From a virus, in the IMG/VR virus record IMGVR_UViG_3300008266_000033, positions 1-64,000 of that record: a stretch of DNA of 64,000 bases; one strand, written 5' to 3'. Numbering within the stretch: position 1 is the first letter of the stretch; each line of letters starts with the position of its first letter. Shown here piece by piece: positions 23,752 through 33,365 of the stretch. A program made the position numbers and the translations under genes. A model generated the notes under the pieces. That model had not been told where the DNA came from. It searched no databases and saw nothing but the letters and a program-made list of their open reading frames with translations.

Positions 23752-24118
23752 TTTCCTCGTCGTCTGAAAGTTCCCAATCTTGATCATCTAAATCATCAAC
23801 TAGGTCTTCTTCTCGCTCATAAATATCCTCTTCATCTTCCGAAGATTCAACCACTTCAGGGGTTTCAATGGATTCTTCAGGTTCTTCTTCAAATGGGTCA
23901 TTAATGCCAAAAGCACCCATTAGCTGGTTATATTGTTCAATTTGTTCAGGCTCCAAAATTACAATATCGTTGTAAGTGTGGTCTCCTTCACCAATTTGTA
24001 CAGTAACCGCTCCTTTTCTACCTGTTTCCGAATGGGCCATACAGGTAGTAGTATTGGGTAATGCTTTTAAACGACCTTCAGGGATCTCGGCCCCGCAATG
24101 ACAGAACTTTTTGCTCAT
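23744..24118 (-). CDS. DksA/TraR-type zinc-finger protein with acidic tail
   Basis: FCHCGAEIPEGRLKALPNTTTCMAHS. Confidence 0.75.
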   Translation of the reverse strand: MSKKFCHCGAEIPEGRLKALPNTTTCMAHSETGRKGAVTVQIGEGDHTYNDIVILEPEQIEQYNQLMGAFGINDPFEEEPEESIETPEVVESSEDEEDIYEREEDLVDDLDDQDWELSDDEENA

Positions 24119-24119
24119 A

Positions 24120-24530
24120 TTATATAGGTTTATCGATTTTTACTACAAAGTCCCAAAGTTCTTTGGGAGTGGTTAAATAAAGATCCTCAACTGCTCCGGT
24201 CTCGTGATTCTCTAGTGTTAAAGGTAATACTGTAATTTTTCCTTCTTCATCTAAAATTTCTCTATCAAAAATATACCACATAATAATTTCTGAAACTACT
24301 GGACCATATTTTAATAAAAATAAATCCTCAATAACTTCTATAAAGTTAGTATTATAATCAAAAATATCTATGTGGTAGTGTGTGTATAGGTCAATAGACT
24401 TATTGATATTATCATTTAGGGAAGTTAAAATTTGTATAAAAACTTCTTCTTCCTTTTTAAATCGACTTTCTTTAGCCTCACTAAATTCTAATTTGGAACC
24501 AAAGTTTTTATTTAAAAGTATTTCAATCAT
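24120..24530 (-). CDS. Hypothetical protein
   Basis: 136-aa ORF. Confidence 0.7.
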   Translation of the reverse strand: MIEILLNKNFGSKLEFSEAKESRFKKEEEVFIQILTSLNDNINKSIDLYTHYHIDIFDYNTNFIEVIEDLFLLKYGPVVSEIIMWYIFDREILDEEGKITVLPLTLENHETGAVEDLYLTTPKELWDFVVKIDKPI

Positions 24531-24702
24531 GGGAATCTTTATTTAGTTTACCCACTCCGTATAAACTCATAAATTTATCCATAGATAATTGTTTTTTAAA
24601 AGCAAAATATTTGATTGCTTCAAAAATATCTTCCATTTCAATTTTATCTATAGGCTCATGTGTAGAGTCGACTCTTGAGTAAAAATAGTATGTTTGTTTC
24701 AT
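24523..24702 (-). CDS. Hypothetical protein (59 aa)
   Basis: MKQTYYFYSRVDSTHEPIDKIEMEDIFEAIKYFAFKKQLSMDKFMSLYGV...; class I promoter at 24712-24724. Confidence 0.65.
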   Translation of the reverse strand: MKQTYYFYSRVDSTHEPIDKIEMEDIFEAIKYFAFKKQLSMDKFMSLYGVGKLNKDSHD

Positions 24703-24731
24703 AACTTTTCCGTAAATATACGAACTAATTT

Positions 24732-24980
24732 TTAAGAACCCAAGTTATCATTTGGGGAGGTTGCTTCTTTTCTTGAGAATTTTTCAAGTGTGGTAGCACC
24801 TAATCCTACCCAAATAATAGATTGTATTACATCTAATAAGCCTTGGGCAATAGTAATGTTAAAAGCCAAATCTAGTAAAAATGCTATTACTATAAGAGCA
24901 AATGCCCCAACTGTAATAAATCTTTTAGAGCTAACTTGGTTGTCTACATCTGAAAGTAGGTGTTGGAAAAAGGTTTTCAT
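24732..24980 (-). CDS. Two-TM membrane protein, holin-like
   Basis: SSKRF followed by two hydrophobic helices. Confidence 0.5.
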   Translation of the reverse strand: MKTFFQHLLSDVDNQVSSKRFITVGAFALIVIAFLLDLAFNITIAQGLLDVIQSIIWVGLGATTLEKFSRKEATSPNDNLGS

Positions 24981-25001
24981 AATATGCTTTTAATATACAT
25001 A

Positions 25002-25871
25002 TTAGAATATTTCATATTCTATTTCTGTATCCCCAAACCCCCATGATTCACTATTTTCTGTTTTTTGTTGATATATTATAGCTCTATATTGATCATTAGT
25101 TTTTTTATTAATTCCATCTAAAAATCCTCCTCCTCCACGACCATGTTCTATATGAAATAAAGCAGGGTGATATATTGCTTTTAAATCAAAACCATGCATT
25201 ACTGCTTTTTTCTGTACATTAGTATCAGCATAAAGAGAATATATTAATTCTTCTTCCATTCCTCTAATTTCATCCCATACATGTTTAGGAGCAATTTGGA
25301 AGTCCCCACAACAATTAATTATACTATAATTATCTCCACTAACTGTAGTTTCCTCAAAATGTCTTTCTTCAGAATTACTAATTAAATGTTCTCTTAATTC
25401 TTTCCAATTCTCAAATATAATTTCCCCACTATGGAAATTTTTAATCTGTTCCCAATCTGTATGTCTGCGACTAATAGTATAAAATGTATTTTGATTTGTA
25501 GAATTCAATAATTTTTCTAATTCATCCCGTTTAGGATGTATTATATCTATATTAGTTGAAATTATCCAATCCCCAGTAGCTCTTCTTAATCCAATATTAC
25601 GAGCTAATACTTCACAACACTTTTGAGCATATGGGTCATTATTAGTAAGATAAGAAGCAATTTCAGGTGTAATTACAATATGTTTAAAATTACCTTTAAA
25701 TTGAATATTATCTTTAATATCATAAAGTAAACTATGAGTAGGTGAGTTCCAATCTACATATATTACTTCATCATAGGTATCAATTGCTGAATTAAAACAA
25801 TAAGTTGCTCTTTCATTTAAATGTCCACCGTATCCATCATTTCTAGATACTATAACTGCTGATATTTTCAT
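25002..25871 (-). CDS. GT-A fold glycosyltransferase (GT2-like)
   Basis: EVIYVDWNS, ARNIGLRRATGDWIISTNIDI. Confidence 0.75.
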   Translation of the reverse strand: MKISAVIVSRNDGYGGHLNERATYCFNSAIDTYDEVIYVDWNSPTHSLLYDIKDNIQFKGNFKHIVITPEIASYLTNNDPYAQKCCEVLARNIGLRRATGDWIISTNIDIIHPKRDELEKLLNSTNQNTFYTISRRHTDWEQIKNFHSGEIIFENWKELREHLISNSEERHFEETTVSGDNYSIINCCGDFQIAPKHVWDEIRGMEEELIYSLYADTNVQKKAVMHGFDLKAIYHPALFHIEHGRGGGGFLDGINKKTNDQYRAIIYQQKTENSESWGFGDTEIEYEIF

Positions 25872-25879
25872 ATTTTTTA

Positions 25880-26812
25880 TTAAAATTGTTTTCTATATAC
25901 ATTCCAAAATTCTTTTGCTTTTTCAGGTAAGTAATTTTCAAAATTTTCTAAATCACCTAATAATTTATAAGTATTTCTATACCCAATTACTTCATTTTCT
26001 AAATTCGTAACTAAATCTTGGACATTACGATCCTGATAAACAGTTGCTTGATTATAAATTACTGAATTAGGGAAATAATATTGTAAAATATAACTACCCC
26101 AAATATCATCCATTCTACCAGTATGAGGTAAAACTGTATAATACGGAATTACTTCCCTAGCTAAAAATGTATTTTGTGAATTAAAAGGTGCTAATTGATT
26201 TGAACAAAATGGTTCAAATTTATTGAATTTAACTATAGGTTTTTTACTCAAACGACATATAGCATCGATATCAGGATCTCCATCCCAAAAATCAGCTTGA
26301 ACTAATACTTTACGTTTAATTTTACCTTTATATTCAATATTATTTTTAAAAGGTAAATCTTCGATTGGATAGCCTCTATGCCATAAATCATTATGATTAG
26401 TAGGTGATATTGGATCAAAATATAATGATGAAATATTTTCATATAAGTTAATTTCAATTTCTTGACCTACATAAACATTATCTCCCCAATTATCATATGG
26501 GATATTATCATCATCTACTGTAGCAATTACATCAGCACCACCATTATAAGCAAACACGAATCCTATATTCCGACGCTGTATTGATTTCCAACCAATAGTA
26601 TCGGATAATTCTTTTAAAAGAAGTTCCTGAGATTCAGGTGAAAGGTAAACAATATTTTTAAATTGTTTTTCTAATTGTCTATATTCATCATGGGGTGTTT
26701 TTGTATCACCAACAATAATAAATGTCCAATTTTTTTCATCTGCTATTTTACAAAATTTTAAAGTAGCTATTGTAGGTTTGTTAATTGTTGTTGTAACTAT
26801 AAATTTTTTCAT
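25880..26812 (-). CDS. STELLO/DUF288-like glycosyltransferase
   Basis: IVTTTIN.PT, IVGDTKTP, RRNIGF..AY, TVDDDN, DGDPDIDAI, FNSQNT, GRMDDIWGSY. Confidence 0.75.
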   Translation of the reverse strand: MKKFIVTTTINKPTIATLKFCKIADEKNWTFIIVGDTKTPHDEYRQLEKQFKNIVYLSPESQELLLKELSDTIGWKSIQRRNIGFVFAYNGGADVIATVDDDNIPYDNWGDNVYVGQEIEINLYENISSLYFDPISPTNHNDLWHRGYPIEDLPFKNNIEYKGKIKRKVLVQADFWDGDPDIDAICRLSKKPIVKFNKFEPFCSNQLAPFNSQNTFLAREVIPYYTVLPHTGRMDDIWGSYILQYYFPNSVIYNQATVYQDRNVQDLVTNLENEVIGYRNTYKLLGDLENFENYLPEKAKEFWNVYRKQF

Positions 26813-27603
26813 ATTTCTAATATTTGTTGTTCTGGGAATTGAAAGTGGCATATTCCATCTATCATTAGATTTTTATGTGATGGGTCTCCGATTTTATATG
26901 TTGTAACTATTTCACATAGTTGATCATGTTTATTTTTATCTAGTAAATAATGTTTTATTAAATTATTTCTTTTTGTGCATTTTTTTAAGAATTCTTCACA
27001 ACTCCATCCATTAATATATTCCCAAACTTTACCATTATAATTGGAAATATTTTTTATTTGTTCAAAGGTAGTATTAATATATTCTTTATTATTTAAATAA
27101 TCACACTTAGATACATTTATGAAATAAAAATTAGTTTGAGGATAAAAATGATCATTTAGTACCTTATCATAATTAAAATTAAATAAACATAAATCTTCAT
27201 ATGAAATACCATTTGTATAATAAAAATCAGCTTCTTCTATATGTTTATTTAAAATAGATTCTTGAAAAAGAACATCATTTGCAGATTTACATAACCATTC
27301 TTCCCTGTTTTCTTTACACCAATCAAATATTAAATTATCTAAATCTGCTGTTCCAAAATTATGCCCCCTATTTATTTTAGAATCTATTATAATACATTTA
27401 TTAAAATATTGTTTCCATAATTGTGTATTTTTTTCTACTAAACTTAAATCAGAATAATTTGTAGCAATAATTATTTGTTTAAATTCTTTTAGGACTGGGA
27501 GATTATATAGAATATATTGTTCTAATATATTTAAATCATTTTGAGATGAAATATAACCTACAGTTCCATAAATTGACTTATTAATAAGTTGTTTTAAATT
27601 CAT
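26809..27603 (-). CDS. Hypothetical protein, possible glycosyltransferase
   Basis: 264 aa within the glycan cluster; NRGHNFG...KSANDV. Confidence 0.55.
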   Translation of the reverse strand: MNLKQLINKSIYGTVGYISSQNDLNILEQYILYNLPVLKEFKQIIIATNYSDLSLVEKNTQLWKQYFNKCIIIDSKINRGHNFGTADLDNLIFDWCKENREEWLCKSANDVLFQESILNKHIEEADFYYTNGISYEDLCLFNFNYDKVLNDHFYPQTNFYFINVSKCDYLNNKEYINTTFEQIKNISNYNGKVWEYINGWSCEEFLKKCTKRNNLIKHYLLDKNKHDQLCEIVTTYKIGDPSHKNLMIDGICHFQFPEQQILEI

Positions 27604-28234
27604 CCCAAGTAAGTAAATTTAAGTAGGTTTTTCTATTAGTATCAAATGTTTGATAATCCATATCTATTAATGGTGTTGTATTAAAATATTTTTCATTATT
27701 TTTTATAAATCCAACTCCAAAATCTGTATCAATAACACAACATTCAAAATTAGTATTATTTTCTTTGAATTCAACAAACGCCTTCCATACATCTCCATTC
27801 CATGCTATTGTTTCTCTTTCAGGAATTTGGGCTTCGTAACTAACAGGATTACAATCATGCATTATAATAAACCCATTTGGTTGGAGATGATTTAGAGAAT
27901 TTTCAATATCTTTTTTTACCTGAGAGTATTCATGTAATCCGTCTATGAAAATTATATCATATTTGATTTCATCATGTCCTTTTATAAGGTTAAAAAAATC
28001 ATCTGATGTCATAGAATAAGTAACCTCAGGAACAACATATCCTTCTGCTCCAGGATCTATTCCATCTTTATGTAAAGCTTTTATTTTACGTATATTTTCT
28101 CCCTGAAATACTCCTATTTCAAGATAATTAATTAATTTATATTTTTCAATAAGATAATTTATTATATCATAGCGTTTTATATCACTATTTAAATTACGAA
28201 TAACTTCAGGTTCTTGTAAATTATTTTTATACAT
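27581..28234 (-). CDS. Class I SAM-dependent methyltransferase (Methyltransf_24-like)
   Basis: YLEIGV, DIIFIDGLHEY, GFIIMHD. Confidence 0.85.
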   Translation of the reverse strand: MYKNNLQEPEVIRNLNSDIKRYDIINYLIEKYKLINYLEIGVFQGENIRKIKALHKDGIDPGAEGYVVPEVTYSMTSDDFFNLIKGHDEIKYDIIFIDGLHEYSQVKKDIENSLNHLQPNGFIIMHDCNPVSYEAQIPERETIAWNGDVWKAFVEFKENNTNFECCVIDTDFGVGFIKNNEKYFNTTPLIDMDYQTFDTNRKTYLNLLTWDEFKTTY

Positions 28235-29108
28235 AGTTTAAAACATATTGTGCTAGCTGCTTTGTGGTTAAATTATTTTTAGTATAATTAAATAACTCGT
28301 CTAATATACTAAAATATTTTTGCTCTTCAAAGCTATTTGCTAATTCTTTTGCTTCTAATAATAATTCTTTAGGTAAGTTAGTTAATATTCTATCAGGACA
28401 TTCTTCTAAATCAGTAAAATATGGAACACAATTATTAGCTAATATTTCATAATGCCTCATACAATCCCATCCTGCTTTTTTCATAGTCACACCAAAATAA
28501 GATCTATTATAGTCATTATAATAATCTTGTTCTATATTAAATTTATATCCCCCTTGACCAGGTATTATAGAACCATATTCCTGGGTTTTGTTTAGTTTAT
28601 TTGAGGTGATTTTATATTCAGGAATAGCAAAATGAATAGGAATAAAAATATTAGAAATTAATTCTCTTTTAAAATAAGGATGTTTAGAACTCAATGAATG
28701 AACATCAGTAAAATCATCTCCATCTATTAAAAATATTTTATTTGGTGGATATATTTTTGATACTAAATCATAATAATCTAGACATCGTTTTACAGTACCA
28801 TATATTATTAAATCAAAATATTTATCTTTAATTTTATCTTCAATATTTGTTCTATCAATATTATCTTTATCTATTAAAAAAGTTGAAGTAAAACCCTTAC
28901 CCCATAAATATTGATTAGAAATTTTTGATTGATTTTCTTTATAGAGATGAATAATAGGAGTACTATCTATAACCTCAATGTTTTCTAATTCAGTTAATCC
29001 ATAAAATAAAAGATCATTTAAATAATCATTTAAATAACCCCCACTTTGTTGAAATATCTGATTATGATTAGTTATATAAAGTATTTTCATGTATTTACTA
29101 ATATCCAT
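28227..29108 (-). CDS. Putative glycosyltransferase
   Basis: YFKREL, KKAGWDCMRHYEILANNCVPYF (GT-B C-terminal type). Confidence 0.6.
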   Translation of the reverse strand: MDISKYMKILYITNHNQIFQQSGGYLNDYLNDLLFYGLTELENIEVIDSTPIIHLYKENQSKISNQYLWGKGFTSTFLIDKDNIDRTNIEDKIKDKYFDLIIYGTVKRCLDYYDLVSKIYPPNKIFLIDGDDFTDVHSLSSKHPYFKRELISNIFIPIHFAIPEYKITSNKLNKTQEYGSIIPGQGGYKFNIEQDYYNDYNRSYFGVTMKKAGWDCMRHYEILANNCVPYFTDLEECPDRILTNLPKELLLEAKELANSFEEQKYFSILDELFNYTKNNLTTKQLAQYVLNYV

Positions 29109-29899
29109 GTAGGATGATAAAAAATATCTAATTCTCTATCAGAACTATCAAAATGATTGGGAAATAAAACAACACTATTTTCTTTTTGACCTAGATAAGC
29201 ACCCCACCAACTAAATGTACTACCTGACATTATAAAATGATCACATAAAGACATTAAATATAAAGTTTCAGCCTCATTTAAATTTTCTGCAAAATATATA
29301 TTTTCTCCTTCAGGAAACCAATCTTTACAATATTCAAAATTATCTGATACTATAATAAAATTAAAATCATCTTGAGGTAGATAGCTAAAACATTTTTGAA
29401 TATATTCTGGGGAAAGTTTATGCATCCAAGGTTGAGCAAGTGTATCTCCTAATCTAACATGAATGCAAATAGTTGGTTTATCTGAGTAAGATTTAAATAT
29501 TAGATCTATTTTTTGTTTAATATTATCTTTAAATGATAACTCTTGTTTTAATTGTTTTTTAATATCATCAAAATATTTCCATGATTGAAAATAACCTTTT
29601 AAAGATACATCGTTCAAATCAAATACCTTAGAATAAAATCCTTGTTTTGGTTCTTCCCAAATTTGAGTAGGAATTATATCTGAGGGTTTTATAGATAAGT
29701 TAAAATAATCTTCTAAAACATACTTATAAGGTATCCATTTTTGATGGTATTGGTCTAAACATCCATCTTGTTTCCAATCATAATTTTTAGAAGGAATAAC
29801 TATTTCTTTTCCTTGGGTTTTTAATTTATAAAGTAAAGCATAAATAAATAACTGGTTTCCTAGTCTTCCATTATAACCTATATCAATATGTGATATCAT
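29087..29899 (-). CDS. Alpha-1,2-fucosyltransferase (GT11)
   Basis: GRLGNQLF, GYFQSWKYF, IHVRLGD, STFSWWGAYL. Confidence 0.9.
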   Translation of the reverse strand: MISHIDIGYNGRLGNQLFIYALLYKLKTQGKEIVIPSKNYDWKQDGCLDQYHQKWIPYKYVLEDYFNLSIKPSDIIPTQIWEEPKQGFYSKVFDLNDVSLKGYFQSWKYFDDIKKQLKQELSFKDNIKQKIDLIFKSYSDKPTICIHVRLGDTLAQPWMHKLSPEYIQKCFSYLPQDDFNFIIVSDNFEYCKDWFPEGENIYFAENLNEAETLYLMSLCDHFIMSGSTFSWWGAYLGQKENSVVLFPNHFDSSDRELDIFYHPTWILVNT

Positions 29900-30699
29900 A
29901 ATTTAATTGTATTATTTTTCCATTTGTGAAAAAAAGTATCTCTAACAAAACACTGTTTATGGTTACCTAATAAATGAGCTATATAACTTAAAGAACTATT
30001 AGCTGTGATAAAAATATCTGAGTTAATCATATGATAAAGAGATATTAATGGGTTTTCTTCAATATGTAAAAATATATTATCTTTTTTTAGAAAACTAAAA
30101 TCATCTTCATTGCCTTGAGAGTATATATGAAAATTAACTTTATCATTATCTAATTTATTTATTAGATCAATATAATAATCTTTTTTTGATTCTTCAAAGT
30201 ATTCTCTTCTAGGATTTAAATCACAATCAGTTTGAGTATATTTTCTTATATGGATAGCTATATTTTGTTTTTCTTTATCAAAATATTTTAAATTATTATC
30301 TAATATAATATTTTTTCCTAATTCTATCAATATATTTTGAATTTCATTATTATCAATATAATTATCTATAAAAGACATAAGATAGTGAGACTCAAAATTA
30401 ATAATAATATTATCATTATTGTTAATAAAATTTTCCAAATCAATATTTAGTTGATGAAAACCAACAATCGGTAAATTTAAATCTTTAGATATAGGTAAAT
30501 TAAAAAAATCAGTTATATTTTTACACCATTGTTCTTTAGTTATATCAAAATATTGGTAATGAGTTAAATTTTTGAATCCAGTAAAATAAAAATTTATATT
30601 ATATAATTTAGATAAAGCATAACATATTAATTGGTATTGAGCCATAGCTCCTATACCTTCTGTATCATTTCCATCTGAATTAGTAGTGAAATATATCAT
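29896..30699 (-). CDS. Fucosyltransferase-fold glycosyltransferase (GT11/GT23-like)
   Basis: EGIGAMAQ, IAIHIRK, DIFITANSSLSY. Confidence 0.65.
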   Translation of the reverse strand: MIYFTTNSDGNDTEGIGAMAQYQLICYALSKLYNINFYFTGFKNLTHYQYFDITKEQWCKNITDFFNLPISKDLNLPIVGFHQLNIDLENFINNNDNIIINFESHYLMSFIDNYIDNNEIQNILIELGKNIILDNNLKYFDKEKQNIAIHIRKYTQTDCDLNPRREYFEESKKDYYIDLINKLDNDKVNFHIYSQGNEDDFSFLKKDNIFLHIEENPLISLYHMINSDIFITANSSLSYIAHLLGNHKQCFVRDTFFHKWKNNTIKL

Positions 30700-31442
30700 T
30701 ATTTGTTTTCTATAAAAAAATTAATAGAATTAATTTTATCTAAATGAGAATTATTCAAATAAGTTGAATTTATTCCTTCTTCTGAGATTTTAGTGAAATT
30801 AAATTTTGATAAATAAAGGTCAAATTTATGGTAATCATCTTCTTTTTTATATTGGCCATGGGTTGAATTTTCCAAAGTCAAATAAACTATTTTATTTAAA
30901 TAATGATCAGCCCCTACCAATATATCAAAATCACTTCCTTGAGTATCTAATTTCATTTGATCAATATATGGAATTTTATCCCAAGGAAACAAATTAAAAA
31001 CATCAACTAATGAGATAACAGGTACTTCTTCAATTTCTAAAACAGGAAAGTAAGAAGGTTCATATAATGAAGAACAACCTAAAAGATTTTTATCTTCTTT
31101 ATTATTTGCAGTATTATAAAATTTTTGATATCTAGGTTCTCCTGAGGAAAGAGCACATTTGATAGGGAAAAAGGTTTTATTAATTCTTTCAGGATCAATA
31201 CAAACATATTGAGGATAATTAGTTCTGGTTTCTTTATTATATACAGTAAAACTATCAAAACATATTGAACTAGGTTCAAAACCTATCACCATTAAATCAG
31301 ACTCATTTTGAAGCCAAAATTCAGAATTAGGAGCGCTTATTGATAATCCTATATCTATTTTAATTTTTTTAAATTTTGAATCTATAAAAATTTTATCATT
31401 TTTTAAAATAGATTTTAAAGCATCTTTAACAATTTTATTCAT
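30699..31442 (-). CDS. FkbM-family methyltransferase
   Basis: IDIG, IGFEP, KLDTQGSDFDILVG. Confidence 0.8.
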   Translation of the reverse strand: MNKIVKDALKSILKNDKIFIDSKFKKIKIDIGLSISAPNSEFWLQNESDLMVIGFEPSSICFDSFTVYNKETRTNYPQYVCIDPERINKTFFPIKCALSSGEPRYQKFYNTANNKEDKNLLGCSSLYEPSYFPVLEIEEVPVISLVDVFNLFPWDKIPYIDQMKLDTQGSDFDILVGADHYLNKIVYLTLENSTHGQYKKEDDYHKFDLYLSKFNFTKISEEGINSTYLNNSHLDKINSINFFIENK

Positions 31443-31444
31443 AA

Positions 31445-32008
31445 TTATTTATTTTTAGGATAGATATAAATTACTCCACTATTTGTAGTAGATGAATTAC
31501 TATATTGTATTTCAAAATTTTCACCATATATATTTTTTATAGAAGACTCAATATAATTAAAATCTAATGGTTGTCCTTGGTATGAATCAAAACCAAATCT
31601 AGCATTTCCATTTTCACTAGGAACATAAAAATCATGAATAGCAATAACTGGTTTTAAATTTTTTTCTTTGATAATTTTTAATTCATCTAAAATAGGCCAA
31701 TAATCTTCCCAATGGGCATCTAGAAAGAAAAATATAGAATTATCTTCTTTTTTTAATTCTTGTTCCATTATTTCAGAACTATTACCATGAATGAGAATAC
31801 AATTATTTATATCTTTAAGATTATCTAAGGATATATTATAAAAATTTTTATTATTTTCTATTGTTATTATTTTGTCAAAATATTTACTTATTATTTTGGA
31901 AGACAAACCATGATAAGTTCCTGTTTCAAAAAAAGTAGTTAAATTAAATTTTTTAGATAAATCTAATGTTATTTGTAATAATTCTGGATCTGAGTATGCT
32001 GGGTTCAT
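31445..32008 (-). CDS. SAM-dependent methyltransferase-like protein
   Basis: FFETGTYHG, IHGNS, FFFLDAHW, IAIHD. Confidence 0.7.
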   Translation of the reverse strand: MNPAYSDPELLQITLDLSKKFNLTTFFETGTYHGLSSKIISKYFDKIITIENNKNFYNISLDNLKDINNCILIHGNSSEIMEQELKKEDNSIFFFLDAHWEDYWPILDELKIIKEKNLKPVIAIHDFYVPSENGNARFGFDSYQGQPLDFNYIESSIKNIYGENFEIQYSNSSTTNSGVIYIYPKNK

Positions 32009-32619
32009 TAGTTAGTATATTTAAATGTATAATTTTCGTTATTAGTTATATAGGTTTGTTTATATCCTATACTTTGAAGCCAATCTATAACTTCTTGTGG
32101 AGTTGTATTTCTTAAATGAAGAGCATGATTTAATTCTACAGTAACAATTGGTTTTAAAGTTTTTAAAGTATTTATAGCTCCTTTTAATAATTCAAAATCA
32201 TAAGAATCAACATCAATTTTCATTAGATTTAATTGTTGAATATTATTTTGTTCACAATAATCATCTATAGTGATAAAATCATATGTTTGTTTTTCAGAAT
32301 TTTGCCCCCAAATTCTATAAATATTATCTTCAATATTACCTGTTTTTTCTCCTAAAGCTTTTTTATTTAAGATAACATTATTAATACCATAATGACTAAC
32401 ATTTGAAGTTAACATATCAAAAGTACTAGTAGGTTCAAAAGAATGTATTACTCCTTGTTCACATAATTCTGCAAAAAGTAAAGTAAAATATCCTGTTTTA
32501 GCACCACAATCAAAAATAACCCAATCAGGTTGGATTAAATCTCTAAAAAGATTTACAGTTTCTTGTTCATAACCATTATAATTATCTCCTGGGTATAAAT
32601 GGTGTTGATGGTATTTCAT
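32008..32619 (-). CDS. FkbM-family methyltransferase
   Basis: IFDCGAKTGYFT, HSFEP, LMKIDVDSYD. Confidence 0.85.
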   Translation of the reverse strand: MKYHQHHLYPGDNYNGYEQETVNLFRDLIQPDWVIFDCGAKTGYFTLLFAELCEQGVIHSFEPTSTFDMLTSNVSHYGINNVILNKKALGEKTGNIEDNIYRIWGQNSEKQTYDFITIDDYCEQNNIQQLNLMKIDVDSYDFELLKGAINTLKTLKPIVTVELNHALHLRNTTPQEVIDWLQSIGYKQTYITNNENYTFKYTN

Positions 32620-32621
32620 TA

Positions 32622-33365
32622 TTATTTTGTTTTTTTAAAAATTGGTATTTCTACCATTTTATGTTTATTTTGATTATTTAGTTTAATAAAAATGGAATAT
32701 ATTTCTTTTTGCCTTCCAGATAATTTTTCAGGATCTTCTGTATATTCCATAATCCATTCTAATTCTTCATATGTAGCCCCAATCTGATCTTCATCAGAAC
32801 GATCATCTTCCCATAATCCATCTGTTGGTTTAGCTATAATAATTTCTTCAATCACATCTAATTCCTTAGCCATTTGTCTAACCTCAGTTTTAGTTAAATC
32901 AGCTATTGGAGAAATATCTACACCACCATCACCATATTTAGTAAAAAATCCAATCCCAAAATCCTCTATTTTATTACCTGTACCCACGACTAAACCTTTA
33001 TAAGTTCCTGCTATTTGATATAAGGTAACCATTCTTAAACGAGAACGAGAATTAGCTAAAGCTAATTTATTTTCTATAGGAAATAAAGATTTAAATGTTT
33101 CAAAAGTACTAGTTAAGTTAAATTCAAATGATTCAACATTAGAATATTTTTCTTTTAACCAGTTAATATGATTATGCGCTCTTTGTAATTGATCTTGAGC
33201 TTGGTGGATAGGCATACTCAAAACAATTGTTTTTTTACCTGTTTGAGCACATAATGTAGATACTAAAGCTGAGTCTATACCCCCACTAATTCCTATTATA
33301 AAGCAATTTAAATTATTAGATTCTAGATATTCTTTAAGCCAGTTTGATATTTGTTTATGAAGCAT
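32622..33365 (-). CDS. nadE: NH3-dependent NAD+ synthetase
   Basis: GISGGIDS, ANSRSRLRM, GTGNKIE, GFFTKYGDGGVDISPIADLTKTEV, PTDGLW...DEDQIG. Confidence 0.95.
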   Translation of the reverse strand: MLHKQISNWLKEYLESNNLNCFIIGISGGIDSALVSTLCAQTGKKTIVLSMPIHQAQDQLQRAHNHINWLKEKYSNVESFEFNLTSTFETFKSLFPIENKLALANSRSRLRMVTLYQIAGTYKGLVVGTGNKIEDFGIGFFTKYGDGGVDISPIADLTKTEVRQMAKELDVIEEIIIAKPTDGLWEDDRSDEDQIGATYEELEWIMEYTEDPEKLSGRQKEIYSIFIKLNNQNKHKMVEIPIFKKTK

